A stretch of DNA of 64,000 nucleotides from assembly GCA_951406725.2 (NCBI GenBank), contig OX597819.1:79732001-79796000 (forward strand), read 5' to 3'. This stretch comes from Octopus vulgaris (lineage: Eukaryota). The translations under genes and the position numbers were made by a program. Shown piece by piece: positions 29,328 to 41,637 of this stretch (within the stretch, counting starts at the first letter, position 1; every line of letters starts with the position of its first letter). The notes beneath the pieces are model-generated. The model saw only the letters and a program-made list of their open reading frames with translations, was not told the DNA's origin and did no database searches.

Positions 29328-31029
29328 CCATCAACAACAACATCATCGTTGTCATTAACATTTAATGTCCGTTTTCCATGCTGGCATAGGTTGGATGTTT
29401 TGAGAGGAACTGGCCAATCCAGTTGCCATAGTTTGTTTTGCTTTGGTTTCTACGATTGGATGCCCTTCCTAACGCCTTCCAATCCACAGAATATACTAGT
29501 TGCTTTTTACGTAGCATTAACACCCACATCAATACCACATATCTCGATACTGTGTCATCTCCTTCGTAAGGTTCAGCGTTGTCTTCCTGGGTCTCTCATA
29601 TATGGAAAAATTCAGATAAACATAAGTATACTTTTACTGTTGCAGTTATTTAGAACTTTTTGTTTGGACCATCGGAGGAATCTGTTACAGAGATCTATAT
29701 CTCTATAATGAAATGCAATAAAATGTTCCCCTAATGATCCAATACCGTTAGGCTACCAAATGCACTTGGAACATACGAGGCTGAGTTTTAAATAATTGTA
29801 ATGCTAAAACACATAATTTATACTTGTGTTTATCAGAATTTTCCAATATATATGCTCCGTACATCATAACTAGTAGCACTAGCAAATACAGTGGTAGACT
29901 AACTCCTACATCGGAAGCTGACTAGATAATAACATTCTAAGTAGAGCACTAACTCATACAGTAGTAATCGTGCATCTAATTGTTATACACAATGGCTGGA
30001 TACATACTAAGTCTCATTGCACAGCAAGTGTCTTAGTATAGACCCGAGTCGAATAATACCTTGTGATTGAATTCGATTGTCAGAAACTGTGTAAGCCTGT
30101 TGCATGTGTCTTTTTGTATGCATGTCCTCCACACCGCTTGACAACCAGGTTTTGTTTGTTTACGCCCCTGTAAATTAAACAGTTCGAGGCTTAGAAAAAT
30201 AACTCTTGAATGTGGAGCCCCAGCAAGGTCGCAGCCCACTGACTGAAAGAAGTAGAAAATGAAGCATAAAAGTATACATTCATATTAAGAGAAAATGAAC
30301 TTCGCAAAATAAACAAGAAACCCCCCCCCACCTCACAAAAAAATTCTTAAATGTCAATGTCCTACTGCACTTATTTATGTGTTCCTACTTAACGAAAGTA
30401 TATGATGCACAAGGAAGATAGCATGTCATGTAACTTAACTATCAGTTTTTATACTAAAAATCTCATAGAGTAAAATTATGAATAAATTTAGAAATAAATT
30501 CTTACCGAAAAAGCACATCAATGAATTTAAAACAAGTTTAAAGTAGAGAAACACTGTAAGATAAATAAATAGCTATGATCGGTTATTTCTTTATAGAAGT
30601 ATTGATATTAAAATTGATTCTTATATAAAAACTATATGGAAATAAGAAAACATTAGCATGACTTATAATAATGTCTACATTTTAATTTTTATCATACAAA
30701 CTTAATGCAATAGTGTCCCGACTAGTAAATTCGCGTACACGATACAGTTAACTTACCCTCTACATTATCTTAATATTCGGACAGAGTACAGATTTGAGTA
30801 TTTGTAGCTTAGGGGATTACGTGACCATTAATATTTCAGTACTCGCTGGGTTTAAAAGTCTGCTATTGAACTTATTACTGAAATTGGGTTTCTGATCTTT
30901 TAGAGTAAGAAAAGCTTCACGTTTAGTTTAGCATTCTAACCTATTATCAATTTTACTTCGTTTAGAAAGGAATTTATCCTCATCATTAATATCATTGGTT
31001 CTATCTATATTAGCTTTCCTGTATTTAGT

Positions 31030-31540
31030 AGAAATGGTGTCGTGTAGCTGCCCCAATATGAAGAACATTATAACTTGTAAACACAACCAAGAACCCACTC
31101 ATTGTTGTAACTGTCGAGACCCTGAAGCTTGCCCACTTGACCAGGCGTGTATGATAAACTCCGTCGTATATGAAGCAGAAGTAAATAGCAACCCTTCAAG
31201 ATAATCTAGCTGAAAAGAAATCCCCTTCGAATAACATTGAGTAATGCAAAGATGATTTCAAAAACCGTTATGCAAACTACCTCTCTACTTTTCGGCAAAA
31301 GTAACGCCGCTATGTTGGCTTACCACGCATGTAGTTTGAAGAGTATCTCCACACCGCTTCTAATCAAATGGAGAATCGTGAAGAAATCTAAACCATATAA
31401 TAAGGGTCTAAGAAATTCAAATTATGCGTAGCAGAAATATCATATATTTTTTTAGATCTAAGAATCCCACCACATGGCTTAATTCCAGATCTCAAATTTT
31501 TAGTAGGTGCAAGCACATGCACAGGTTTCTTTTATTGAAT
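31030..31540 (+). pseudogene. Penelope-like element GIY-YIG endonuclease relic (Naiad-type)
   Basis: SCPNMKNII..HN..CNCRDPEACPLDQAC (CxCx5Cx5C) ..VVYEAEV, then across frameshifts FKNRYANY..TFR, IKWRIVKKSKPY, KLC, LNSRSQIFSRCKH. Confidence 0.78.
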
Positions 31541-31839
31541 CGGAGGACACGAGCGGCTCAGAGTCGCGAGGATTATACTGGGAAATTTTCTAGACCTCGT
31601 TACATTATTGTTTGCTCTATTTGAAGACGAAAATTATCCGTAAATTCGCTTATGTGTAAAGCAACATATTATGTAGGGGTGGGATGGAAGCGGGAAGGAA
31701 ACACTTTTTACCATTTGGAAATATGTAAATGCTGCAAGCTCGGTGAGACTATACTATGTGCCAGAACACATAAATAATTATACCACGTGTACATATATAT
31801 ATATATATAAAATAATATGTTACATTTACTCAATAGTCA

Positions 31840-31902
31840 AGATAAAACTCTGAGTTTCAGATGCCGAAGTGGAAATCAACAACACCATCTCTTCGGTTAT
31901 CT
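31840..31902 (-). ncRNA. HHR motif (U4C core), left arm
   Basis: AGATAA-CCGAAGA-GATG...CATC-t-GAAAC-TCAGA-GTT-TTATCT. Confidence 0.65.
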
Positions 31903-32426
31903 GGCCATCTGAAAAACGCTATGAAAAAATACCGTTATATAAAGGGAAATTACTGTGTTATAATTCTGCTCGCGGTCCCACGTGCGTACTTATACGTCAC
32001 TATGAAAACGTACACATCTTTACTCGCATTTTTCGCCAAATATATACGCATATATATACAAACTCATACACACACGCATGCGTACCGTAAAAGTTCATAC
32101 ATACGTCTATATACGCACAAGCACAAGAAAAACCATGGTTAAAGGTAACAGAAAAAAAAACATAAGGAAGTATACAAAGCATAAAAACCACGTTCATATT
32201 CGGACATGCCCCTATATAGACGTATGTATGAACTTTTATGGTACGCATGTGTGTGTGTGTATGAGTTTGTATATATATGCGTATATATTTGGCAAAAAAT
32301 ATGCGAGTGAAGATGTGTACGTTTTCATAGTGACGTATAAGTACGCACGTGGGTTGCGAGCAGAATTATAACACAGTAATTTCCCTTTATATAACGGTAT
32401 TTTTTCATAGCGTTTTTCAGATGGCC

Positions 32427-32489
32427 AGATAACCGAAGAGATGGTGTTGTGGATTTCCACTTCGGCATCTGAAACTCAGAGTTTTATCT
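32427..32489 (+). ncRNA. HHR motif (U4C core), right arm
   Basis: Helix I AGATAA/TTATCT, CCGAAGA 32433-32439, helix II GATG/CATC capped by GTGGA/TCCAC, quasi-palindromic helix III ACTC-A-GAGT, GTT triplet. Confidence 0.68.
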
Positions 32490-32589
32490 TGACAATTGAA
32501 TAAATGTAACATATTATTTTATAGATAATTTTCCTCTATTTACATAATATTGAGGTCTCTTTCTTTCTTTTGTTATCTTACCGTTTTTA

Positions 32590-32637
<48 letters not shown>

Positions 32638-33439
32638 ATATATATATAAGTATGTCTATTTGTATACACACACACACAAACACATATATATATATACATA
32701 TATAGATAGATAGTTACAGATAGATAGATATATAGATAGATATAAATATTTTATTTTTTCTTTTCCTTGCTTCAGTCATTGAGCTGCGGTCATGCTGGAG
32801 CACATGCGTGCAGGTTTACGTCGAAAATTATGACCCCGGTGCTTATATTTCATGCCTCCTACTTCTCTTATCTAATTTGCCAAGCTCCTAAGTTATTCAG
32901 AGGTATTTAAATCAATACTCACACATACATATATACGGATATAAAACAGTCTTCTTTCAGCTTCCCTCTGCTAAATCAACTCACACGGCTTTGGTTCATC
33001 CGGTGCTATGCAAAAAGACATATGCTCACGATGCCAAACAGTAGTAAACCCAGAACCACATGGCTTGAGAAACAAACGTCTCCACCAGACAACATTCACA
33101 TATATACAAACATATGTGTGCATCTGCGTGTGTGTGTCGTACGAAAATCTATTGTACAGTATAGCATGGCTTACGAAATACCAGTTATATAACTGACACT
33201 CTCAACATCTGATACAATACACAAACTACCAATATGCGCACAAGTAAATACAGAAAAAACAGTTATATCATTTCTTTTTGACGACACGAAAATATGATAA
33301 TTGCTATATAACTAATCGAACATACTTCTCTATGCATATGTACATGTATTTATGTAAAGCAATTGATTTATGTATATACATATGTATACATATATATATT
33401 TACACACACACACACATATATATGCATATATAAACACAT

Positions 33440-33482
<43 letters not shown>

Positions 33483-33544
33483 CCCCAGCATGGCCACAGC
33501 TCGTGAGCTGAAACTAGATAAAATGAAATTTTAAAAAAATATAT

Positions 33545-33585
33545 GAGTGGATTTGGTAGACGGAAACTGAAAGAAGCCCGTCGTA

Positions 33586-33623
<38 letters not shown>

Positions 33624-33846
33624 TGTGTGTGTTTGTGTGTCTGTGTTTGTCCCCCTAGCATTGCTTGACAACCGATGCTGGTGTGTTTATGTCCCCGTTA
33701 CTTAGCGGTTCAGCAAAAGAGACCGATAGAATAAGTACTGGGCTTACAAAAGAATAAGTCCCGGGGTCGAGTTGCTCGATTAAAGGCGATGTTCCAGCAT
33801 GGCCGCAGTCAAATGACTGAAACAAGTAAAACAGTAAAAAGAGAGA
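33545..33846 (+). mobile_element. tRNA-derived SINE family A, 5'-truncated, well preserved
   Basis: Nearly identical to the 3' two thirds of 59026-59440. Confidence 0.85.
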
Positions 33847-33891
<45 letters not shown>

Positions 33892-33987
33892 TACATATAT
33901 ATTTTTTATTTTATTTTATTTTATCTAGTTTCAGCTCACGAGCTGTGGCCATGCTGGGGGATAAATCTCTCTCTCTCTCTCTCTCTC

Positions 33988-34047
<60 letters not shown>

Positions 34048-34050
<3 letters not shown>

Positions 34051-34560
34051 TATTATAAAAGGCAGATTTTATCTGCCTCCCTTTGTAAGTTATAGAAATC
34101 TACAATATAGGATTTCTTCAATTACAATTTACCTAGCATTTTTAAGAGTAGAATGCATCGGGTCATGCCAGGTCCAGTTTTTAAAATTTAAACTCCAATT
34201 AAGCAAAATTTACAGAAAACTCACATTCTGGTGTGTATGTCAAATGCTTTTCTTAGTCTGGTGTACAGCACACGCAAACGCACACACACAGTGTGCAACG
34301 GATAAAATGAAAGTAAATAGCGACAGAGTGATTTGAGGAAGACTAAACTGAAAGTATTTAAACCACTACTCAAAAAATAAAAAAACACAGCAAACAGAAA
34401 CAAATAAATACATAACGATTTACTCCTCACACAATTTCTTCAATTAGAGTGTACCCATGATTTTTCAGAGTACTTCAGTGGGTGATGCCATAAAAAATTT
34501 CCTTCAATTTTACCACCAATTAAGACAAAATTCGAGAAAACTCAATATTTTAACATATCA
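34048..34560 (+). mobile_element. Possible 5' part of a second non-autonomous Helitron-like repeat
   Basis: Starts A|TCTTATTATAAAA inside (TA)n and has internal repeats (CCAATTAAG.CAAAATT..AGAAAACTCA twice); no 3' hairpin-CTRR found. Confidence 0.35.
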
Positions 34561-35273
34561 CTCCGAAAGCATTGATGTACATGTGTGCGTGCGTGAGTGT
34601 GTGTGTGTCATTCCTCACACACACGCATACACATACATATACAACTACATACACATACAACTACATACAAACACGTGTGTGTTTGTTATTAGTAAAAAAG
34701 GCGCCAAAACACAACTCACTTATCATTCCAACACATTTGCAAAGACACACGGACGGTGGAATTGCTATAACAATACAGAAAAGGTAAATTGGTTTTTATT
34801 TTACTCTGTATATATTTTATTATATAATATTATATATAGATATATGTATATATAATTGTAGTATGAAACAGTGTTTATGTATAAACAGACGACACCTATA
34901 TATAGTTATTATAATAAGAGATTAATAAATGTATGCATCCGTTTAACCCTTTCGTTACCAAGCCGCCCGAATTTACCTATTCATATTTAAATGAGAATAT
35001 CAGAGCAAATCTCTTTAGTACATTCGTGAAAACACGTATTATACTTCGTAAACACTTCAACTACAGTTTTGTACAAAAATCGAAGTGTAATTTTAATTCC
35101 GTGAATTATGGGAGATTTTTTTCCGAAATTTGTTCCTATTGTGTTTTCAAAATTTGTAATTCTGACAAAAAATGGATACGAATTTCATTATATCAAGCAG
35201 CGAGTCAGAATTCGAAGGATTTTCTACTGAAGACCTTCATAAATCTAACTCTATGACTGAAAAAAAAAAAGCA

Positions 35274-35667
35274 TCTTTATATAAGAGTGAAGTTGTGTGT
35301 CTGTCTCCTACGATTTAGATTCCTAACTACTCCCACATTTTGCGGTGCAGTTTAACCAAAGGCGGGTATCTTATAGTCGTGATTCATATCGAGCCCTTCT
35401 GGGTATTAGCGTGCGTCTACGATGAGTCTACGATTTAAAAAAAAATTACCATCATATTTTTCCATTTTAATGCATTTTTTTCGCTTTTATATAAAGGAAG
35501 TAACTCTCTAAAAATATCTACGATGTGTCAACGATTTAAAAAAAATTTACCTTAATTTTTTTTCAATTTTTAATGCATTTTTTTGCTATTTTTTGGCTAT
35601 AACTGTCTAAAAATGCTTATATAGTTATTTCCCTTACAACCCGAGCAACGCCGGGCGATACTGCTAG
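35274..35667 (+). mobile_element. Non-autonomous Helitron
   Basis: 5' A|TC, 3' GC-rich hairpin CCCGAGCAACGCCGGG then CTAG|T, no TSD; two more copies at 56719-57625. Confidence 0.88.
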
Positions 35668-35821
35668 TATATATATATACATACATACATACAGGACTTA
35701 TTCTTTGTAAGTCTATCGGTCTCTTTTACCGAGACGCTAAATTATGGGGACGCAAATACACCAATATCGGTGTCAAGCGATGCAGGAGGACAAACACAGA
35801 CACACAAATACATGCATACAA

Positions 35822-35907
<86 letters not shown>

Positions 35908-36336
35908 TGTTATACTTGGGTTATATTTTGCCAATTAAACACACGCATTATATATCTGGACTTCACTTCAGCTTTGTTATTATCATTTTAAATTCTTTCT
36001 CATACAAATAAATACTCACACACGCACAGACAAACACGTATATAAGTATGTGTATGCGTGTATTTATACATATATCTAAATGTGAATGTACGCACACGTG
36101 CATACCCACACAGAGGCATGAAAATATATATGCACACACACATATATATGTATTTATGTATGTAAAGCTGCAAAAATTTATCAATTTCCCAGATATAAAT
36201 GAACGTACATATGGAAGAGAAATGTAGCAAAATTACTATCAACTTTGCTCTTTTCACATTTCAGGGAAACATACACATATATACATACATCGAAGCATGC
36301 ATTTATATATACAGCGTATCCATATGTGATGTATAA

Positions 36337-36382
<46 letters not shown>

Positions 36383-36411
36383 GTGTGTGTGCTTGTGCGT
36401 GTGTATTTACG

Positions 36412-36457
<46 letters not shown>

Positions 36458-36505
36458 TATGTATGTGTGTGTTTGTGTGTGTGTGTGTGTATGTGTGTGT
36501 GTTTG

Positions 36506-36538
<33 letters not shown>

Positions 36539-36962
36539 ATATATAGATATGCCGAAAGAGAAGCAAGTGTAAAAATGGAGGGAAACGGATGGAGAGGGAG
36601 ATAGAGAGAAAATTGCGACGTGGCATGTATATAATATATAAAGACACAAATGTATTTGATCGTATTGTGAAGTTGTGAAGTAGCCAATTACGAATTCCAT
36701 GTAAAGTAATATAGAATCGGATATGTAGTATTTATGATAGCTTGGCAGGTGTTGCTCAAGGAATACTTCGGTAAGCTTCATTAACACTTACATGTATCAC
36801 GACCAGAATTTATGTAGCAGGTATAGTGGGTTTCTGTAACATAAATCCATCTGCCCCTTATATATAAATTTGAAGGATATATATTATATGTAAATTAAAA
36901 GGATATATGTATATATATATATATATATATATACATTATGTCTGTGAGCTTATATATATCCT

Positions 36963-37006
<44 letters not shown>

Positions 37007-37216
37007 TATAAATATATTTGTTCATGTATATATATATATATGCATATGTACATAGGAATGTATGAACATATAAACACATAAACACGCGCACACACATATT
37101 CACTCACACACACTTATATACACAAGCAAACGCTCAGACAGACATACACTTAGACAGACAGTCAGGCAGACAGATACACAGCTAGCTCGTTTGACAGATC
37201 GATAAATTGACATGTA

Positions 37217-37790
37217 CAAGGTGTCCCAAAAGTCATTGAGAGATTTCCACTTTTTAATAACTTCCTTAAGTTACAAATGAATGCATGAAATTTTGATTCA
37301 GTATAAGGAATATAATGGCAATTAATATGTACAAGTAAAATTTTGCAACACCACTGCATCACATATAAAAAAATGGCAGCGCTGAAATGGCAGCAATTTT
37401 CAGTTTCACACGCCCGTACTCTTTCGAAAACTTTGCACCATAACACCCTGAAGAGTTTCGACCCCCACTTCTCTGATTTCAGTATTGATGTTCTCCTTCA
37501 GTTGCACCAGGGTCTCCGGTTTGCTGACGTAAACCCTATCTTTCAGGTATCCATGAGTGAGACATTCAGGGCCCCGCTAATCAAAGTAGACCTCACACAT
37601 GATTCCAGCAAGATGGGGAAACTCCTCATACTGCAAGAGAAAAAAAATGCAGTTGCTACAGCAGTGTTTTGAAGAGAGGATAATCTTCCGTTGCGGCAAT
37701 GTCAATTGGCGTTCCCGTTCCCCAGACTTGACAAGCCCGGATTTTTTTCTTGTGGAGAATTGCAAATGATGGTCATATTTGATAAACAGG
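37217..37790 (+). mobile_element. Rearranged Tc1/mariner fragment
   Basis: Left end TA|CAAGGTGTCCCAAAAGTC; LRGNVNW(R)SRSPDLTSPDFF motif at ~37690-37750. Confidence 0.65.
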
Positions 37791-37976
37791 CGATAGCAAA
37801 GATGGATATGCGCATCATGTGTATACATGGAACTGAACCCGAAACTATGTGGTTGCAAAGTGAACTACTTACCGCACAGCCACGCCTTACTTTGGAGTAG
37901 ATTCTTCTGTTTCCCTCAACCATTTGATATTGTGTGTGCAGAAGCGAGCTGCTATCATATCTAGCAGATGAAGTGT

Positions 37977-38027
37977 TCAGTACTGAGGAGCGGCAGACAT
38001 AACCCGAAACCAGGACTGGTCTACTGA
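37977..38027 (+). ncRNA. Type I hammerhead ribozyme with canonical core and GUC cleavage triplet
   Basis: Helix I TCAGTA/TACTGA, CTGAGGA 37983-37989, weak helix II G(C)GG/CCC, GAAA 38006-38009, helix III ACCAG/CTGGT, GTC 38019-38021. Confidence 0.8.
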
Positions 38028-38190
38028 TCCCGTTGACGGGATATGGTAGGGGTCCGCTCCCCTGATACCAATTTTATCGGAAGCAGCTATACATCGTTAA
38101 CCAACTAAGGTGATGCCTTCTTGGGGTTAAAAATGGCAGTAGATTCCGCTCAACGGACAGCCATGCTAACGCGGCTACAAGTATTACTTG

Positions 38191-38273
<83 letters not shown>

Positions 38274-38280
<7 letters not shown>

Positions 38281-38720
38281 CAAAAAAGAAAAAAAAACTA
38301 CAGAAGGCTTGTGTTATATGGTTAAAGAATATATATATAATTCGTCATGTTAGAAAAATGTTATTAGATTTTGCGTATAGTAACATTGTTTTTGGAGAAA
38401 TAACCGGTTTCGTATTTTCTTTTCAAATTTCTCAAATTTCTTCACCGATAACGTGTCATGTCTTTCCTATTTTATGAAATATTGAGTTCCTGACAGGCTA
38501 TGGTAATCAAGGAATTTTCCGGTGTAAGGGAGATAATCAAAAATGTTTGGAATGACTAGGTTTTATTAATTTAACATGATTTGGTTAAGAAGGAATAAAA
38601 TCCAGTCCTTCCCAACATTTTTGATTATCTCCCTTATACCGGAAAACTCCTGATTAAATATATTCTTTAACCATATAACACAAACATTCTGTATTTTAAA
38701 AATTCTTTTTTGTCTTTTAT
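38274..38720. repeat. Nested inverted repeats
   Basis: Outer arms ~38274-38335 / 38657-38720; inner arms ~38505-38570 / 38594-38657. Confidence 0.8.
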
Positions 38721-40082
38721 CACCCAACCACGTGCTTCACATACCAACTCTTTCACCTATATATGTATATATACACACATGCATACACACACACACATAC
38801 GCACATGCATGCATACATACATACATACACACACACATACACACATACACGCATGCACACATACATACATACACACACACGCTTACACACATACACACAT
38901 ACATACATACACACACACATGCATACATACATACACACACACATACATACATACATGCACACACACATACACATATACACACACACATACTTACATACAC
39001 TCATACGGACATACATACACACATACATGCACACCAACACACTCACACATACACACATACATACACACACACATACCTATATACACACTCGCATGCACAC
39101 GTACACACATGCATGCGCGCGCGCACGCACACATACACACATGCATGCACGCACGCTTTTGGTGGCTGGCTTTATTTCGGGATCGCGTCTGCGCTTGTGC
39201 GGGTGGGCCTGCGGTTTCGCACGCGCCCGCACCACTGATAGTCTTTTCCATCTTTCCTTCAGTTGCGAAGTGTGTCCTTGCGTGCATATGTATGCACGTA
39301 TGCGGGCATATGTGTGTGTGCGTATGTTTGCAAACATATAAACACACATTTGTACGCACGCGCACATACATACATTCACTCCCGCGCACGTACGCGCACA
39401 CATTCACATATAATTACAATACACGCACACACACATACACACGTACAAACACCCACTAATTCACATACACACCGACACATATACATACACACAACATATA
39501 CCTCCACGCGCACGCACACATACACATACGTACACACATATAAGCACAGACACACAGACATTCGCACACTCGCACACAATCATACATACGTATATATACA
39601 CACACACGCACGTACAGGCACACACGCACACATACACTAAGTCTAAGCACAGTTACTCGCCATACACACAAAAAAACATACACGTACACGCACACATACT
39701 ACAACAAAACACCCACACGATACATATACACGCACACACACATACCTCCTTGCTGCTGACCGCCTCTGACTTGCTAGGGCACCCCCACTCACTCCTTAAT
39801 TCCCTACTGCTTGCTACTGCCATCATCCACCATTCCGCCACTGCTGCTAGTAGCCTCGTCCACCATACACACACATACACACACACGCACACACTCACAC
39901 GGACACCCTTATCATCTCGCACACCTCTTTTACCATTCATTCTCTGACCCGCTCTTTTGTTTTTAAAAAACACTTTTCCTTCCTTTTGACCACTTCCGTC
40001 CTTTCAGTATGTGACCTAGTGTAGACTACCTGCAATTTTTTTTCCTCTGTCCTTCCCATCTCGGGATGTTTCTTTCTCCTAT

Positions 40083-40117
40083 GTTTCCGACGAAGAGCTC
40101 CGCTCGAAACGTCAAAC
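40083..40117 (+). ncRNA. Minimal HHR motif (U4C core) in pseudo-LTR ~39880-40210
   Basis: GTTT-CCGACGA-a-GAGC/GCTC-GAA-ACGT-C-AAAC; helix III reduced to the ACGT palindrome. Confidence 0.72.
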
Positions 40118-40208
40118 CCTCCTTCTTCCCTTCTTTCCTGAGCGTCCAATAATACTTTATTTGTTCCACATCCTTGCGTTGTTGCTTTTTGCTTTCTTGT
40201 TTGGGTTA

Positions 40209-40259
<51 letters not shown>

Positions 40260-40599
40260 CGTCCATCTTTCTTTTCCTTCAGTCTACAGCTACACAACCA
40301 GACGCATTCTTATCTGTCTCCATCCTATCTTTTCTCATATCAAAGAATATACTTCCAGCGATCGCCATCTTACCTCGTCTGGCCTTATGACCCTCCCTGT
40401 TTGTTTTCGTTTGGTTTGGTTTGTTGTATGTCCTGTTGTGTTACCAACTTTGACCCTCCGCAAATCCCATATCCTATTCTGGTTTGCGGGAGCAGCCGTG
40501 GAATCTTTGGCAAGTCTCTTCTACTATAGCCTCCTATAGCCTCGGGCCGGCCAAAGCCTTGTGAGTGGATTTGGTAGACGGAAACTGAAAGAAGGCCGT

Positions 40600-40645
<46 letters not shown>

Positions 40646-40800
40646 TGCATGTGCATGTGGATATGTTTCTGCGATCGCTTGACAACCGATTTTGATGGGT
40701 CTACATCCCCGTAACTTAGCGGTTCGGCAAAAGAAATCGATAGAATAAGTAATAGGCATTTAAAGAAGTCCAGCATTTTGACCATCCCGAAATACAACAA

Positions 40801-40865
<65 letters not shown>

Positions 40866-41637
40866 TTATTTATCTATGTGTATGTGTGTGTGGTTGTGTG
40901 TGTGTATTTTTATGTATATGTATGTTCACTATCCATGAAAACCAAATACATGTCTACGTTTGTCCTCAACCACATCGGTAAGTAGACTTGCTTGTTAGTA
41001 TATTTATCATTAACAACGCTTTATAAAACCATTTGATACTAGAATAGACACCAAAAGATTCCATTTCTTTATTCTTGATCAACTTTATGCTCCTTTAACC
41101 TCCAACTTTTCTTTATACACACATGTGAATGTGTGTATGTATATATATATATGTAAGAATATATGTGAAGATATGTATATGTGAGTTCGTGTTTCTCTGC
41201 GTGCGTATATGTGCACGGTCCTATGTTTTTGTGTGTGTGCGTGCGTGTGTATGTGAGTGCACGTGTGTGGGTGTACATCTCTTTATATATGTACTTTATG
41301 TAAGGGTATTTGTATGTGTGTGAGTGTGTGTGTGTGTGTGTGTTTGTGTGTGTGTTAATGTTGGTATGTGTGGATGTTTGCAATGAAAGACTCCCTAATT
41401 AAACAGTGAATAACAAACTCTAAAATATCAGTTTTAAATCGCTTTTAAGCGAGAAGCTCTTATCAGTGACACCATTTGTAAACACCTAATGAACACCGAG
41501 TAATTAAAGTGGAAAAATTATCACACACACGCACACGCACACATGTAAGTATTTCATCCTTATATGAATACATATAGGTGTAAAGGGATATATATGTATA
41601 CATCGGAATATAGAAAGCGGTAACAAATACACACATA

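Larger units (their letters stand above)
31806..32523. repeat. Long inverted repeat (arms 31806-32113 and 32213-32523) of an HHR-bearing pseudo-LTR
   Basis: ~308-bp arms are near-perfect reverse complements around a ~99-bp spacer; the right arm extends ~70 bp further into (TA)n. Confidence 0.92.

Noticed and set aside
33805-33835. SINE A tail CAGTC-AAAT-GACTG-AAAC-AA-GTA resembles the 3' half of a hammerhead
   Set aside because: No CUGANGA-like strand and no helix I in any copy; better explained as a 3' stem-loop for RT recognition.
34942-35220. TTAA|CCCTTT piggyBac-like left end
   Set aside because: No matching right end found nearby.
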